DNA of 64,000 nucleotides, from positions 4,765,374 to 4,829,373 of the forward strand of contig CM082583.2 in assembly GCA_040954595.2 (NCBI GenBank), in the 5' to 3' direction. The notes beneath the pieces are model-generated. The model was given only the letters and a program-made list of their open reading frames with translations, made no database searches and had not been told where the DNA came from. This DNA comes from Balanoglossus misakiensis (taxonomy: Eukaryota; Animalia; Hemichordata). The position numbers and the translations under genes are program-made. Shown here in pieces: positions 41,856 to 54,707 of this stretch (its first letter is position 1; the number at the start of each line of letters is the position of its first letter).

Positions 41856-43765
41856 AGACAGAGAGACTCACACACAAGTGTTGGCTTCATAGTGTATGCT
41901 GTGTGCGTCCCTAAGAAGTTCTAATTCATCTGACTAGAGTCTCTACAGAATTGGGTTTGATGTTTGTGGGGTTAGATTTAAGCATACACAAGGTGCTCAT
42001 TAAGGCCTGATTTGTCAATGTCAAAATTACGGCCCAGCTGATGTTAGCTGTTGTTCCAAGGCTGAGCTATCTCCACAAATATTAGTGTCCCCGGCCTTCA
42101 TCGTCTGATACATTGTCCATTTTAAGAATTTGAAAAATATGGTTGTTATTGTCTGAAAAATATTTAAAAGCCAGAAAATCACACCCAGGGTAGTAAATCC
42201 AGTGAACAGTTTGCTCTAGAGGATTTTCAGAAGGATGTCTCATTTGAAAACTTGTTTGTAACATCTGTATTGTAAACAGATACAGATGACATGCATGGTC
42301 CAATTTTAAAGAATTCTTTTGAAACTCACCGTACATTTTCTGAACGTAGATTTGTTGTGTTTACTATCTGTGCGTACCCACAGACATGACATGTTGTTCA
42401 GCTGTGTGTATACAGAGCCCAGAAAAAAACATTGAAATTCAGAGGATATTGGACCCACACAATCTTTGTTAAACAGTGCTCCCATAGTTCTCTTCATATT
42501 GTGGTGCTTGAGAAGAGAAAAAAAATGTTTCCTGTATGCTTCAACCTGATTTCTCTCTGTGAAATGGTTCAGCCTAATCATTGGAAACAATGGAGAGAAT
42601 CAAGTGGCAAAGGTTAAACAAAGCAATCATTTTTGATAAAAAAATGTTTTGATGAGTTTTCTGAAAAAAAAGCCACGTTCATTAATATAGAGCGTATTGA
42701 TCAGAGACTGAGAAAATTTATAGTGTGTAATGTGTTAGCAAATTATTGGGTCCATTCATCCTGCAATATCAACAATATACTGAACAATATATGCCATGTT
42801 ATTTAGAAATAACCGTGAAAGGAAATAATGGGGTTGTTCCTCGGCACGGGCAAAAGAATTGAGTACAGATGTATTCATGACTTTGAATTAGGCAGAGCAT
42901 TGTGTCCACGGGGTGCTGCATATTTGTTTTGTAGCAAAGTGATCAATTACTTTCATTTGCTGAATAGATTGACTGCACCAGTCATCAGTGGCAGTAGCAG
43001 AGTTCTTTTTCTGTCAACAAACATTCGCTTTTATTCGCGCAATTTCAAAGAAAAAAAGCGGTGTTTGCCAGTGCTGCTGTTCGTTTTCACGACTCCCTAA
43101 TTGAACAGTTGATTAAGACAGGGGAGAGGGATTATATTCCAAGGTGATGTGAAACAACTTTGTGGTCTGTGCTTTGTAAATTGTACATGTAAAGCTGAGG
43201 CTTGGGATGTCCAATGTACATGATGAGAATGTTTAATTATTGTCGTTTGGAAAAATAATACCTTCAGAATGTGTGCCTATTCTCTCTGATGTTTTGTGTT
43301 GAAGGAGTCATAGTTAGCCTGCAAGAGAAGTGTGCATATGTGTCTGTCTGTTTCTCTGTCTGTCTCTCTGTCTATCTATATGGTGTGTGCCTCCCTGTCA
43401 GTCGGTCTGTCTTCCTGTATCTGTTTAGTGTCTTTATCTATGTGTCTTTATCAATGAGTTTGTCTCCCAAAGTTCATATATTAATAGAAATTCACGGATA
43501 TTAAATTATTTCTTGGAAGTCCTTGTGTGCTGAAAAAAAGACAGCCATCATGGCCAGTTTCTGAAACATTTAAAAAAATCGGGTTTTTGCAGCCATGCAA
43601 GTGTTCAGTGACCATGATTGCTGGATTTCCAACCAATTTTACAACTTTTGTTTGACATCTCAGAATTACCAATTTTTGTTTGCAATCTTTTAAACCCATT
43701 TGAGAGAATTGTCTGTTAGCACTGACTAGTATCTTTAAAAAAAACTACCGTTTTGTTGTTGCTAG

Positions 43766-43872
43766 GTAACAAGCGTCCAGCTGATGAGGAGGAGGTTATT
43801 GGCGGAGGCAAGAGATCCCGAGGAGATGCCACGGGTCCCAAAGTGGACTTGCGTATTCTCCTGCAAAGCAAG
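43766..43872 (+). CDS. HNRNPK: hnRNP K coding exon 2 (NKRPADEEEVIGGGKRSRGDATGPKVDLRILLQSK; NLS and start of KH1)
   Basis: ttttgttgttgctag acceptor, gtaaga donor; matches hnRNP K KRPA...KRSR...LRILLQSK. Confidence 0.96.
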
Positions 43873-46335
43873 GTAAGAAGAACCTCTCACTGTTTCCATC
43901 AAAGGAGCCCACACACGGAGTGAGACTTGACCGGCCTGCAGTCATGTGATCTGCAGGAGCCAATTAACAGATTCCATGTCAGCAGTTTCTTGTCACGTGA
44001 CCACTGTCGCCCAATCAGGTGCCCACGTGCCAGAATTCAAAGAGATCAGTTTTGGTGAAGAGATAGTCATTCATGATAATGATTCCCAACAACCTAATCC
44101 CCCTTCCACTCAATATGTCTTCTCGCTATGTTTGGATGTCGAGGGCGTTGTGTTGTGTTGCTTCCAGTGCAGTCATTGTCTGTTGTCATTCGAGGGGAAA
44201 GCACATTTTCATTTGGGAAGATCATTTTAGTCAAAAGAATGAAATTTGAATCGGAATAAAAACTCTGAACGCACAGCTCAGAAATAAAAGCAATTATATC
44301 CTGGAGGTGTAGCCTGCATTAAATATCACTTCAACAACTGCTTATTTCTTTCTACGAATAAGAGATCTTTTTCGAAGAAAAAAAACTGGCTGTCACAATG
44401 GAAATTTTAATATCCTGTGGTGTATCAGGAAGACAGGGGGAGAGACAAATCGAGGCACAGAGACAGGGCGGAGAAGGGTATTATTGTTAATCCAAGTGTG
44501 GTGGTGAAATTAGTGTGAACTTGTCAACCGTGTAATTGCAGTTTGATGAGCTCTTCAGCAGTAATGACTGTGGTCATCTTTCTTGCATTCTGATCAGCAC
44601 TAACACTAAGTAACAGACTAACAGTTTGCAACTGCATACGTTTTAACATTTGGGTAAATAAATTTAGCAAAGTTCTCAATTAATTCCAGTACATGTACCC
44701 TCTATTTATTTATTTATTTTGCACGTCCAGACAATCATTGTTTTTATTAATAATTTATATCACTTCAATTAGTGGGATTGATTAAATGTTGAGTCTTTAA
44801 TTGCCTTTTAATCATTTTAATATCATTAATGGATTGGCCCATGTCTCTAATGAGTCATCTTTGGAGGTTTGGTTTATTTTTCCGACCACAAAATTAATGA
44901 AAATGTGCTATTATCAGAGTGATGAATTGCCCATAATGTCTGCTGTTATTTTGAGGACAAATGAAAAATGGCCAACATTCACCTTCTAAATATGAAATTT
45001 GAAGAGAAGTTGAGCAACTGGGGTGATAACAGCAAGCGAGCTAGCTAAATAGTTTCCTGAAGTTAATTATTAAGAAGAAGACACTTTGAATTTGGAAATA
45101 GATAGGCCAATGTCGGCGATATAAAAATTATCTGCACAGATGAAGAGGATAGATAGATAGCTACAACATCATGACAATAGGGGAAAGCAACAGTTGCATT
45201 TAGTGATTCACGGTTGATTGACAAAAAGCAATACATGTACATACAATAATGTCTAATTAGAATAATGGGCCAATCAATTTGCTAAACGAGATTAGATTGG
45301 GAGTAAACGAGAGAGAGGGAATTGTGAAATGGAGTATGGCAAGAACTGTTTGATGTTGGCGAGGGACGGAGGAGGGGGCGGGAGGTAAATGCGATGCTGG
45401 ATACACTTGGGATGCAGTTGGAAAGGGGGGGGGTGTAGGCAACATGAAAGGCAAGAATGAAGATATTGAAAATAACCAGCCATACATCTGCTGTACAAGC
45501 CTGGCGAACACAACTTCGCGAGAAATAAATAAATGAGTTTCTAGCTGCCAGCGCCAAGCGAGATCTTGAAAGGATTCCCGTTGAATAGGACAAGACGCGT
45601 GATCACTTCTGACTTGATCAAACTCTTTGGAGTGTTCATTATCAGCACCACTAAATTATAGCAGCTCGGTGTCTGTGGGTGAGAGAGGATGGCGTAAATT
45701 GCTGCGAGCCAACCCAGCTATGCCTTCCTGCTGTATAACTTTAATGACTAGTTACAGCTGCCGTAGAAAGTGCCTTCTTTGTAGGCTGGGGGGAAAGAAA
45801 CCCACATCCCTCGCCAGTCTTAATCTCATCATGAATACACCCAAGTAGACATAACTCCTCTTCTTCCCTAATATCAGCACCGATTCACACACGCCCACCC
45901 ACATACATTTACTCAAGACGTCCATACTTTTGTAGATCTATACATACTTTGAATACATATGGCTATTATTTCAGTACACTTAACGAGCGTGACTACGCAT
46001 TTTGTTAAAGGCTGTCACCTCCTGATTTTACAAACACCATTGAAAGCGGGAATACTTCAACAAGTTACAAATGGCTAATTGAAAACACTGGGATATTCCC
46101 TGGATGGGGTTTATACAAATCGTAGAGACACAGTTGCCCTTTTTTTTGCTACGCGATTACTACACGACTTGTATTTGGAACAAATTGTATTCACATGACC
46201 TGAATATACCTGGAAAATGTGAATCCTTGGCATTAATGATGAAAACTAGAAGTCTGTATCTGTCAGATGTACATGGTCCTCCCTTCTGCCATCACTGAAA
46301 AACGATCGCAGAGAACTCAGATAAGATTGAGTTAA

Positions 46336-46513
46336 ATGCATACGGTCATTTGTGCAAATTTAGCCAGTTACCATGGAAAGTGGAGATCTAGCCAATAATG
46401 GAGTTTCACTGGGTGGCCATGCACAGAGTAGTTTGCAACCACATGGTCATTTAATGATTTAGACACGCCCCTCTAACCATATATGGACATATGCAAATTG
46501 GTACGTGCCGTGT
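46336..46513. mobile_element. Kolobok-type MITE, degenerate copy 3
   Basis: Collinear with copy 1 (acggtca...cagttaccatgg...gagatctagccaat...ccatatatgg); TTAA on both sides. Confidence 0.7.
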
Positions 46514-47583
46514 TTAATTGGTGTCGCAGTCTGCAAGCAGTGTACATTAACCTCATATCCATGGCGCTGACATCTCCCATGCCTTCCAGTCTCATGTTTC
46601 GCACTATGCTTGTCCATCAAAGAAACGTCTGAATCTGTGAGGGCTGTGCATTCATTGCTCACCTAAATTTACAAGAGAAAAATCGCAGAGGATCGTGACT
46701 GGTGTGCAAAAATTCTGATGTTAATATTTCTGATGATCGTGATTGTTAGGGGGAATCAAGAAGTTGATTGACAGTTCAATGAACATAGAGGGTACTTTTG
46801 TCTTCTGCCGTCAAAAGTCTCAAATTGCTGGTAATTTTTCTTTGTGTGTGAAGAGCAGTTGGATAGGCTGTGTGTAGTAGCTGTCATTTTTATGCATTCA
46901 GTGCATTGGATGTCAGGATTTATTGTGTGGAGTCAAACTGAAGCACGAGTTGGCCAACTGTTCATGAATGGAAAGACACATTTGTTCATCCTTAAGGAAA
47001 TTCTGTTGTGTGAGAACACTGACTCGCTGAATGTTCTCCGTGCACTCAACAGAATTTCGAAATTTGCGACAAAAGCTGGCAGTCCTCAAAGCACACGGTT
47101 ACCGTGACAACGATGCATTCTCGGCCGAGTTGCCACTTTGAAGTCATATTATTCATAATTCTTTCCAAGCAATGACCCGAACACTGTACAAATCAAAAAC
47201 TATTAGATGTTGAATATTGCGTTCAAGAAGGTGCCTTGCAAGGAAGTGTGCTAAGAATTTGTTCAAGAGTTAATATTTTTGTGCAATATACGCGTGGAGC
47301 CCTATCCCATGATCCTCTCACCGGTTCCACAATGCATTGCACCTACCCATAGATTTAGAACAGAGTACACCCTAAAATTCACATTTTCACTGTCTATTAT
47401 CTACACAGTGTGGGTAATATGAATTGCATCACTGATGTAAAACAGGCTGTTTTGAGACAGAAATCATTCTGTTTCACCAAGTGATTCACTCATCATACTG
47501 TTTTTATACACGGTCTAAAGATGGCCATTGCCATATACACACAGGAATAACCATAGAAGGTCGGTTTTCTTTGTTTATTGCAG

Positions 47584-47640
47584 AATGCCGGAGCCATTAT
47601 AGGTAAAGGGGGCAGTAACATTAAGCGCTTGCGATCTGAG
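47584..47640 (+). CDS. HNRNPK: hnRNP K coding exon 3 (NAGAIIGKGGSNIKRLRSE; KH1 GXXG loop)
   Basis: ttgcag acceptor, gtgagt donor, 57 nt, KH signature. Confidence 0.97.
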
Positions 47641-48921
47641 GTGAGTGTCCAGTCATACTCATGCAAAGTCACTAAGACTCTTTGCATCTAGCTCTCCATA
47701 TCCACCAGAACATCTCACCTTGCCATTAAAATATTTTTTTTTTAAATTAAGTATCCCATTACACAGGTGTTGCATGTTGTGAGTCCGAGAATATGGATGT
47801 ATTTTTAATAGTGAATTAAAAAAAATTTCTTCATAAACCTAACATTTCATCACTAGCGTAATGTTGTCCATGTGAAGCGTGGTTGAGCATTTTGCTGGTT
47901 CAAAGACATTAGCTGTAATCATCTTTTGCCTCTTTTTTTATATATTTTCCTCCACAATCACGGTGCACGCGGTCCTTTTCAATTTCAGTGTTGTGCCTCC
48001 CCTTTCGGCCATGCTAGCTTTTATCATCCGTGAAGGTGTGGCTTTAGCTGCAGTGTTAAATTTATTTATTTTTTTATATAAAAAAAAGTGGTGATGAGTT
48101 GTGTGTGGTTTATGCCCTGATGATTATTCATGTCGGTTGCCTGTGTCATCCTCATCATCATGCCGCTTACAATTTTTCACTTGTCATATATGATGTCTTA
48201 TTTTTTTTTCGTCTGTTACCTTAAAACCTAAAGAGTCATTTGCACAGCTGCAAGATTATCGCTATTTGAGTCCGATTTTATGCCACCGCGTATATTGATT
48301 TCAATTTCATATTCTCTGCCGAGATGGAGTCTTATCACAGCAGGTGAAAGCCCCTCTCAGTTTTCATTCTTTAGAATTCCAAAATTTCCAGTGAGACACT
48401 GGGCGAGTTCTCGGTTTCTAATCACTAATGGAAAAAAAAGAGGAAAAACTGCTGGAAAGTATTGAGTTTCTAATAGTTAATTGTCAAATTCATTCAATTT
48501 CAGACAGTTTTGGCTTTTGCATAAACGTGATGTATCATATTGATCTGCATTTGCACTGTTACATTGACACCAATTTTTTTAACTGTACAGTTTGACATCT
48601 GTATATTACATATATATATCTAGTATATATACATATATATGAATTCTATATTTTGCCCAATGTGCCCATGATGCCCATGTATCCCTTCTCTTTTACTTGT
48701 TTGTTCCCCCATTCTGCACGCTCACAACAATGACACGAACCACGAATACTCTACTACTGGCCTTTGCCCGAACACGGTGATTGATTGATTGACGGCCCGC
48801 CAACGTCCGTGCCCACAATGCCATGTCCCCCGGGCCCTGTTCTGGAACACGACCCGACCACTGTGGCCCTGTTGTGTCCGAAAATCCCTGTTCCGCTACT
48901 TCCACACGTCCGTCCATCCAG

Positions 48922-48965
48922 TACAATGCTACAGTCACAGTGCCCGACTGCAGTGGGCCAGAGCG
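48922..48965 (+). CDS. HNRNPK: hnRNP K coding exon 4, 44 nt (YNATVTVPDCSGPER)
   Basis: ccatccag acceptor, gtacgt donor; similar to vertebrate YNASVSVPDSSGPER. Confidence 0.96.
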
Positions 48966-49774
48966 GTACGTCCCAGTGTGTAGATTCTCTTCCCCGTATT
49001 TTATATATATTATATAGACTTCTTAGCTATTATTATTATCATCATCGTCATCGTCAGTATTCCCTGGAAGTATTCACGGGTGGGAACATGCATTTATATA
49101 GAGCTTTTGCCACCAGGGGAGACGAGAACCGATAGAGTTATAAATGTAAATGATGAACTTTCTCAGAATAGCATCCTGGATCTGGGTTGGGACTGTCTGT
49201 CATTCTGCCATGGGGAACATTTTGACTTTATAATCTATAGCGTTAATTTTGATATAATTTTGAATTCTTTGTTGACTTCAGTGATACTAAAGTGATGTGT
49301 TGTTTTGGTTTTTATGTGTAATGTTCAACTTTTCTCTCTCTCTCTCTTTCTCTATTTTTTATCTCTTGCATTATTAGCTTTCGAGTTTTCCAATTTGATT
49401 TGGTCTCTCTAATCGAATAGACCAAAGAACAATCAGTAATATTTGTGATGCGTTGCTCACGTTAAAGCCTGGCAAACTTCATGTTGTATATGTAGGGAAA
49501 TTCACACAAATTAAAAAATTAAATTTATAGAGTAATTGTTTAATTTAATTGAACCACTGATAACTTCAAAGGAAATGATGTGTGAAAATACAATGTTAAA
49601 TGTGGGGCAAATAAAAAACATCACATGGCTATCGGGTAAACGTGAAAAAAGAAATATTCCATCCCGCCATTGTCGCTGAACTAACTTGGATTGTATTTCA
49701 TTTTCTACCCCTGCATTTCCTTGTCTGCGCTCGTGGCTCCCCTGGCTTGCTGGTGATTTGGACCGACTCCACAG

Positions 49775-49847
49775 AATCCTGACCATTTCAGCCAATCAGG
49801 AGACTGCGTTGAAGTGTTTACTGGATATTATCCCCGTACTTGAGGAG
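49775..49847 (+). CDS. HNRNPK: hnRNP K coding exon 5 (ILTISANQETALKCLLDIIPVLEE; end of KH1)
   Basis: ccacag acceptor, gtaggt donor, phase 2 to 0. Confidence 0.96.
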
Positions 49848-50434
49848 GTAGGTTTTGAGCGCTTCAATTGCTGTGAGGAGATCGTGACCGTAGCTGATGA
49901 TGGAGAATAAATATTACAACTGTGTCGCTGCATGTAAACAAGCTCCCCCCTCTGCAAGATGGAAGGCTGGCTGCACCTACATATTAATTGAAATTTCACC
50001 TCCAAGCCAAAAGGCTTTGATGTATCAGTTGTATAATTGACTTTGAATCAGGCAGCTGCATCTTCCACAGAAAATCTATTCTCTTCACTCTGGGTGCCTC
50101 CTGAATCACACTACCGAGAGGTCAAGTTGTAATCGGGACTAGCAATATTTATCGAGATCACAGCTATGTTTTTTTATTCTGCAGGGTCCATGATTTTACC
50201 TTCCGACAGAGGTGCATTAAAACTGGGTTATTAAGTGCATAAGCGTTCCAGGCAGTTATATTTTTGTGCATGCTCAGATAGTGTTTACTTTCCTCTTGCA
50301 TGGAAAGATAGATTTGGGGTCATTTATTGTACTAGGCAGAAAATTTCCTAGCAGTCTGTTCAAATTGCTTGTGATGACAGCGGCCTGTATATATACACAT
50401 TTCTCATTTATTTGTTTTTATTTTCTTTCCGAAG

Positions 50435-50548
50435 AACCAGCAATATAAAGATTTGGAATTTGATTGTGAAATCCGGATGTTGGTTCACCAGAGTCAAGCT
50501 GGCGCCATCATCGGAAGGGCTGGTTTTAAAATCAAGGAACTGAGAGAG
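50435..50548 (+). CDS. HNRNPK: hnRNP K coding exon 6 ([38 protein letters not shown]; KH2)
   Basis: Pyrimidine tract plus gaag acceptor (in-frame alternative CAG acceptor would start at 50441), gtaaga donor; KH2 motif. Confidence 0.95.
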
Positions 50549-52332
50549 GTAAGATGCCCTCACTGAGACTTGTGTGTGTGTGTGTGTTTGCATGCGTGTA
50601 CATGCACGAATGCAATTTTGTTTGTTTCTTGTGTATTTTTTGTTTGCACTGCACTGCCTGCACGTGCATTTGGTGACTGGTGATCTCATGCACATGTGTG
50701 CCTGTGCTAACAGTTTGAATGAATGTACAATATGTACGACTGTGTGTGTGTGTGTTCAAGAGAGACACACTGTCCTATCAAAGTGACACTTTCAATGGTG
50801 AAATTTACATGCGCTTGAATGCACACACACACACACACGTACAATATCCATGTTTACTTCCCTTTATTTTACACTTACTTTTCAACACTCGGGTGGCCGA
50901 CAGAATATCGGAATTTTATCAGCAGCATTTAGACAAGTGTTTCTCACTTGGGATCGTATTACAAATGGCTGTGCATGTTTTATTCATTGGGAGTCCCTCA
51001 GTGTGATTTCATTCTGGGTTTCTGACCCAATCAGCCCCTGCCTAATCCTCGCGTCAGTATTGATACTATTCAATCAAAGGTGGTCGTGGATATCGTATGG
51101 ACTGCTTTGCGGTGCAGAAAATGCCTCCCTGACCTCCATCTGTTTCAGGGTGACCTTTGTGGATTTCTCTGATGTGGTTCGTGTCAGGGGGAGTTTAGTC
51201 ATACGTGTACATTTCAACGTGTGCGGGTTGTGACAAAGCTTGTGGATATCAGCGTCAAAACTTATAGGCTTGTATTGATCGTTTTTTAACAGACCAGGGT
51301 TTGGTTGTTAGCGGTTTCTGTCTGACTGAGGTGTGTCAGTCTTGATATCCCTTTCTGCAATTTTACATTTTTAACGCGTCAACTGGTCAATTTTGTTTGG
51401 CTCAAAAGTCTGTCTTTGATGAAGATTGTAGAACTGAAGTCTCCAGAGTCAGAAAACTGAAAAGTATACCTTCACAACTCATGTCATTTACAGCAGTTAC
51501 TATCAAATTTATTTTGACATCATTTTAACATTGTTTGGTCAACTCAAAGCACACAGAAGTATTAATCTCTGAAATGTTATCGTCTTGAACAGTCCGTGAT
51601 CAGAATGCTAACTTGAGCTCAGTTACGAAAATAAATGTTTAGTTTAAAAAAAAATCATGATCTCAAATCACAGCATTATGCAATATTTCTCTTTTTATCC
51701 CAATTCAATTTTTATTTATCTGCAGAACATTAAAGCGTGTAGGGTTTCTGTTAGTGTTATCAAAGAGTTCAAACGAACACACTTTGTTTACTGAAGTATG
51801 TTCTATCTCTCCCTTGGTACGATATTTTTAAAAGCGTGAATCTGCAATAACAAGGAAACATCTTGCATAACAATGAGCATAGCCAGTGGGGTTCAGGTAG
51901 AATTGAAATTGAAAGATGGCCGTGTCTTATTATTCCTCTATCATCATCATCCAGTATTGTCTTCCTGTTGAATTGGCTCACAGTCTTGTCTCTCTGTGTC
52001 AAATTAATATCTCTGACCTCCCATAGGCCCTTTAGTGTTATGCCGTACAGCGTATGAAACCTTGGCACAAAAGATGTACCTAATATATACCTGGTGCGCA
52101 GAGACTTGATTGTACATCTTCACACCTTTCTATGGAGGTTAAACATGTGACTTCATCTTATAACATGACGTGTTCCTTGCTGTCTTTGTCAATAACTGCG
52201 TGGGTGGTCCTGCAAGGCTTTGTATGGCGTCTCCTTGGATTTCAAAAAAGGGATTGGGAAAAATGGATTTTTGGCTCGTATTTGGCACATGTAAATGTAA
52301 CCAAGTGGGAGCTTATTGGATTGGTCAGTGTC

Positions 52333-52369
<37 letters not shown>

Positions 52370-52547
52370 TCGCACCACTGCATGTTTCACCTTCTTGATT
52401 GTTTAATAAGTGTAAAATTGACTAGATCGGATTTTGGTCAAATAAAATTGACGCTGTCAAAATTAGTTTTTCAAAATAGCTACAAAATTTTTTAAAAAGT
52501 CAACCCCTTTGAAATAATTCTATTCTGATTTTTTTGCTGTTTTGTAG

Positions 52548-52676
52548 CAAACTGGTGCCAACATCAAGGTCTACTCAGAATGCTGCCCCAACTCAACTGA
52601 GAGGCTCGTTCAGATGAACGGTAAACCTGAGATTGTTATCGACTGCATCAACTCTATAGTGAATCTCTTACACCAG
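52548..52676 (+). CDS. HNRNPK: hnRNP K coding exon 7 (QTGANIKVYSECCPNSTERLVQMNGKPEIVIDCINSIVNLLHQ; KH2)
   Basis: tttgtag acceptor, gtaaga donor, 129 nt; CCPxSTER motif. Confidence 0.97.
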
Positions 52677-53307
52677 GTAAGAAAGGAAATACGGTCATTT
52701 ATGTCAAACACCCCACTTTCCCTTTGCAGGGAGAGAACATTTTTTTTGTGTTTACTCAACCAGTTGTCACTAAACTTGCCTTGTAAATTACAGGTGCGTA
52801 ATGTAATTCAATGTCGTTAGCTGTAAGCTTTTTCTGAAATGTCAAAAGTGTCATTCAACACTGTTCAATGTAAAAATTCTGGAAATCAAAATGTTCTTAT
52901 TGTCAATTCATGATGTAAATCGATATTTTACCTCATTAAAATGAGCGTTTCTTCATTGCAAGCTAAAATATAAGTGCACGCTGATTTACTCCTTTAGTTG
53001 AAAATAATTACAAGAAACTTGGCGATCATTTGCTTTCATTTTTTTTTGTTTATATAAGCACTTTCAATTTCTTATCTCATGGCTATTAATTATTTGCATG
53101 GAATTATAGAATTATTTTCTTTCTGAAGTAATATTGGTTGTAAATAGCATATTCGTGTTCTTTCTGAGGTTTTCGATTTATACCGCTACGTCATTCCCAT
53201 ACAGCCTTGTAATTTAGTGTTTTGTAAACACTGCCGCTGCCCCTGGCTGTGTGTTTTAGCCGGTGTCTGTCTTGACTAAAAATCTCCCCACTCATTCTGG
53301 TTTGCAG

Positions 53308-53666
53308 ACTCCTATCAAAGGCATCTCTCAGCTCTACGACCCTTACTGCCACGAAGAGTACGAGTACGGTGGCTTCAGCGCCTTCGACGACTACTCCTAC
53401 GGGGGCGGTGGGCGAGGGGGAGGGGGACGCGGCCGGGGCGGACCCCGGGGGAGGATGGGTCTGCCACCCCCGAGAGGAGGACCCAGGGGAGGAGGAATGA
53501 GGGGAGGCATGCCACCCAGGGGCGGCAGTCCCAGAGGCTTCAGCAGAGGGGGACCGATGATGCGGGGAGGTCGTGGAGGCACTTCGGCAGTGTCCCGCGG
53601 ACGCAGCAGTTTGGGTAGTAACATCAGTGGAGGAGGAGGAGGAGGTGGCGGCTCCTACTCATATGG
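53308..53666 (+). CDS. HNRNPK: hnRNP K coding exon 8 (TPIKG...YDP...YGGF plus RGG/Pro-rich KI region)
   Basis: tttgcag acceptor, gtaagt donor; lies within ORF 53263-53670; PIKG..YDP and RGG repeats. Confidence 0.97.
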
Positions 53667-53740
53667 GTAAGTTAGGTTTTCATTTTTAGGTCCACTATAT
53701 ACTTTATATACCACATGACCCTATGGGATTGGTTGCGTCT

Positions 53741-53780
53741 GGATGGATGGATGTATGTATGTATGTATGTATGTTTGTAT
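53741..53780. repeat. (GGAT)n(GTAT)n microsatellite, left flank of the retroelement
   Basis: Directly visible. Confidence 0.9.
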
Positions 53781-54707
53781 AAACAAACCAGGTTGAAGCA
53801 ATACGAGAAAGATCTTAAGGCAAAGTCCTCTCAGGGGAGAGTACTTAGAGAAGCGGGAAATGTTCTTCATTCAATTTCAGCTACGTATCTCAATAACCAT
53901 AATATTGATGATAAGCTAAGATCATTTGTGGTACGAGGCCGTTTACAGCTTCTACAATGTGAAAGCCTCATGTCCCTGTACTACCCGAGCAGTCGATCAA
54001 AATCATGCAAAATCTGTAAGCATCCCTCCGAAACGGCATCCCATGTCTTAAACGGCTGCACTAAATTCCAGAAAATTTACCAGCAAAGACACAACAGAAT
54101 TGTTGATTTAATTTACGGAAAGATCGCTGGTTGTAACCCAAACATGATAATTGTCAAAGATACAGTGCTCACCCATAAGTTGTTTAAGAACAATGATGAC
54201 CTTTCTTTCCGGCATCATCACAAAAGACCAGACATAGTTGTTGTTGATAAAGAAAACATGCAGGCAACTTTAGTAGAAATCGCCATCCCCTTTGATGCAC
54301 ATATCTCAAAATGCTTTCAGGCTAAATTCGACAAATATTACCCCCTTTCTCTCGAAATAAACGACATGGGATATCGCTCATTGGTTGTCGTGTTAATCGT
54401 CGGCAGTCTAGGTACAGTTCACCAAAAATTCATTACAGGGCTTATCAAAACCGGGTTAAGTAGATATGACGCCAAATTTATGGCCAGGTATTGCAGTATA
54501 AGCTCCATAATAGGATCTAACAAAATTTGGAGAATGAGATGCCAGCAATACGACATATAAATTGCTGTTTTGTTTAGTGACAAGGTGTTGTAATGTGAAG
54601 GGACCATTTGATACGTTTCCTGTCATATGCAATGTGTTTAACGATTGTTATGTAAATATTGTATTTATACATCCTTCTGGGTGTATTTGGAAATAAAAGA
54701 AGCTGAT
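53781..54707 (+). mobile_element. 5'-truncated RLE-type non-LTR retrotransposon (R2/NeSL/R4-like group) in hnRNP K intron 8
   Basis: Uninterrupted ORF to TAA 54560 with CCHC knuckle (CKIC-x8-H-x4-C), RHN motif and PD-(D/E)xK restriction-like endonuclease (KRPDIVVVD...LVEIAIPFD...KFDKY). 3' UTR with AATAAA 54692-54697. Flanked on both sides by (GTAT)n. Confidence 0.92.

Noticed and set aside
46236-46298. C/D box-like pair ATGATGA...CTGA
   Set aside because: No terminal stem and no recognisable rRNA or snRNA antisense element.
53715-53780. N-terminus of the 281-aa ORF (MTLWDWLRLDGWMYVCMYVC) as the start of a real gene
   Set aside because: It is translated microsatellite fortuitously in frame with the truncated retroelement ORF.
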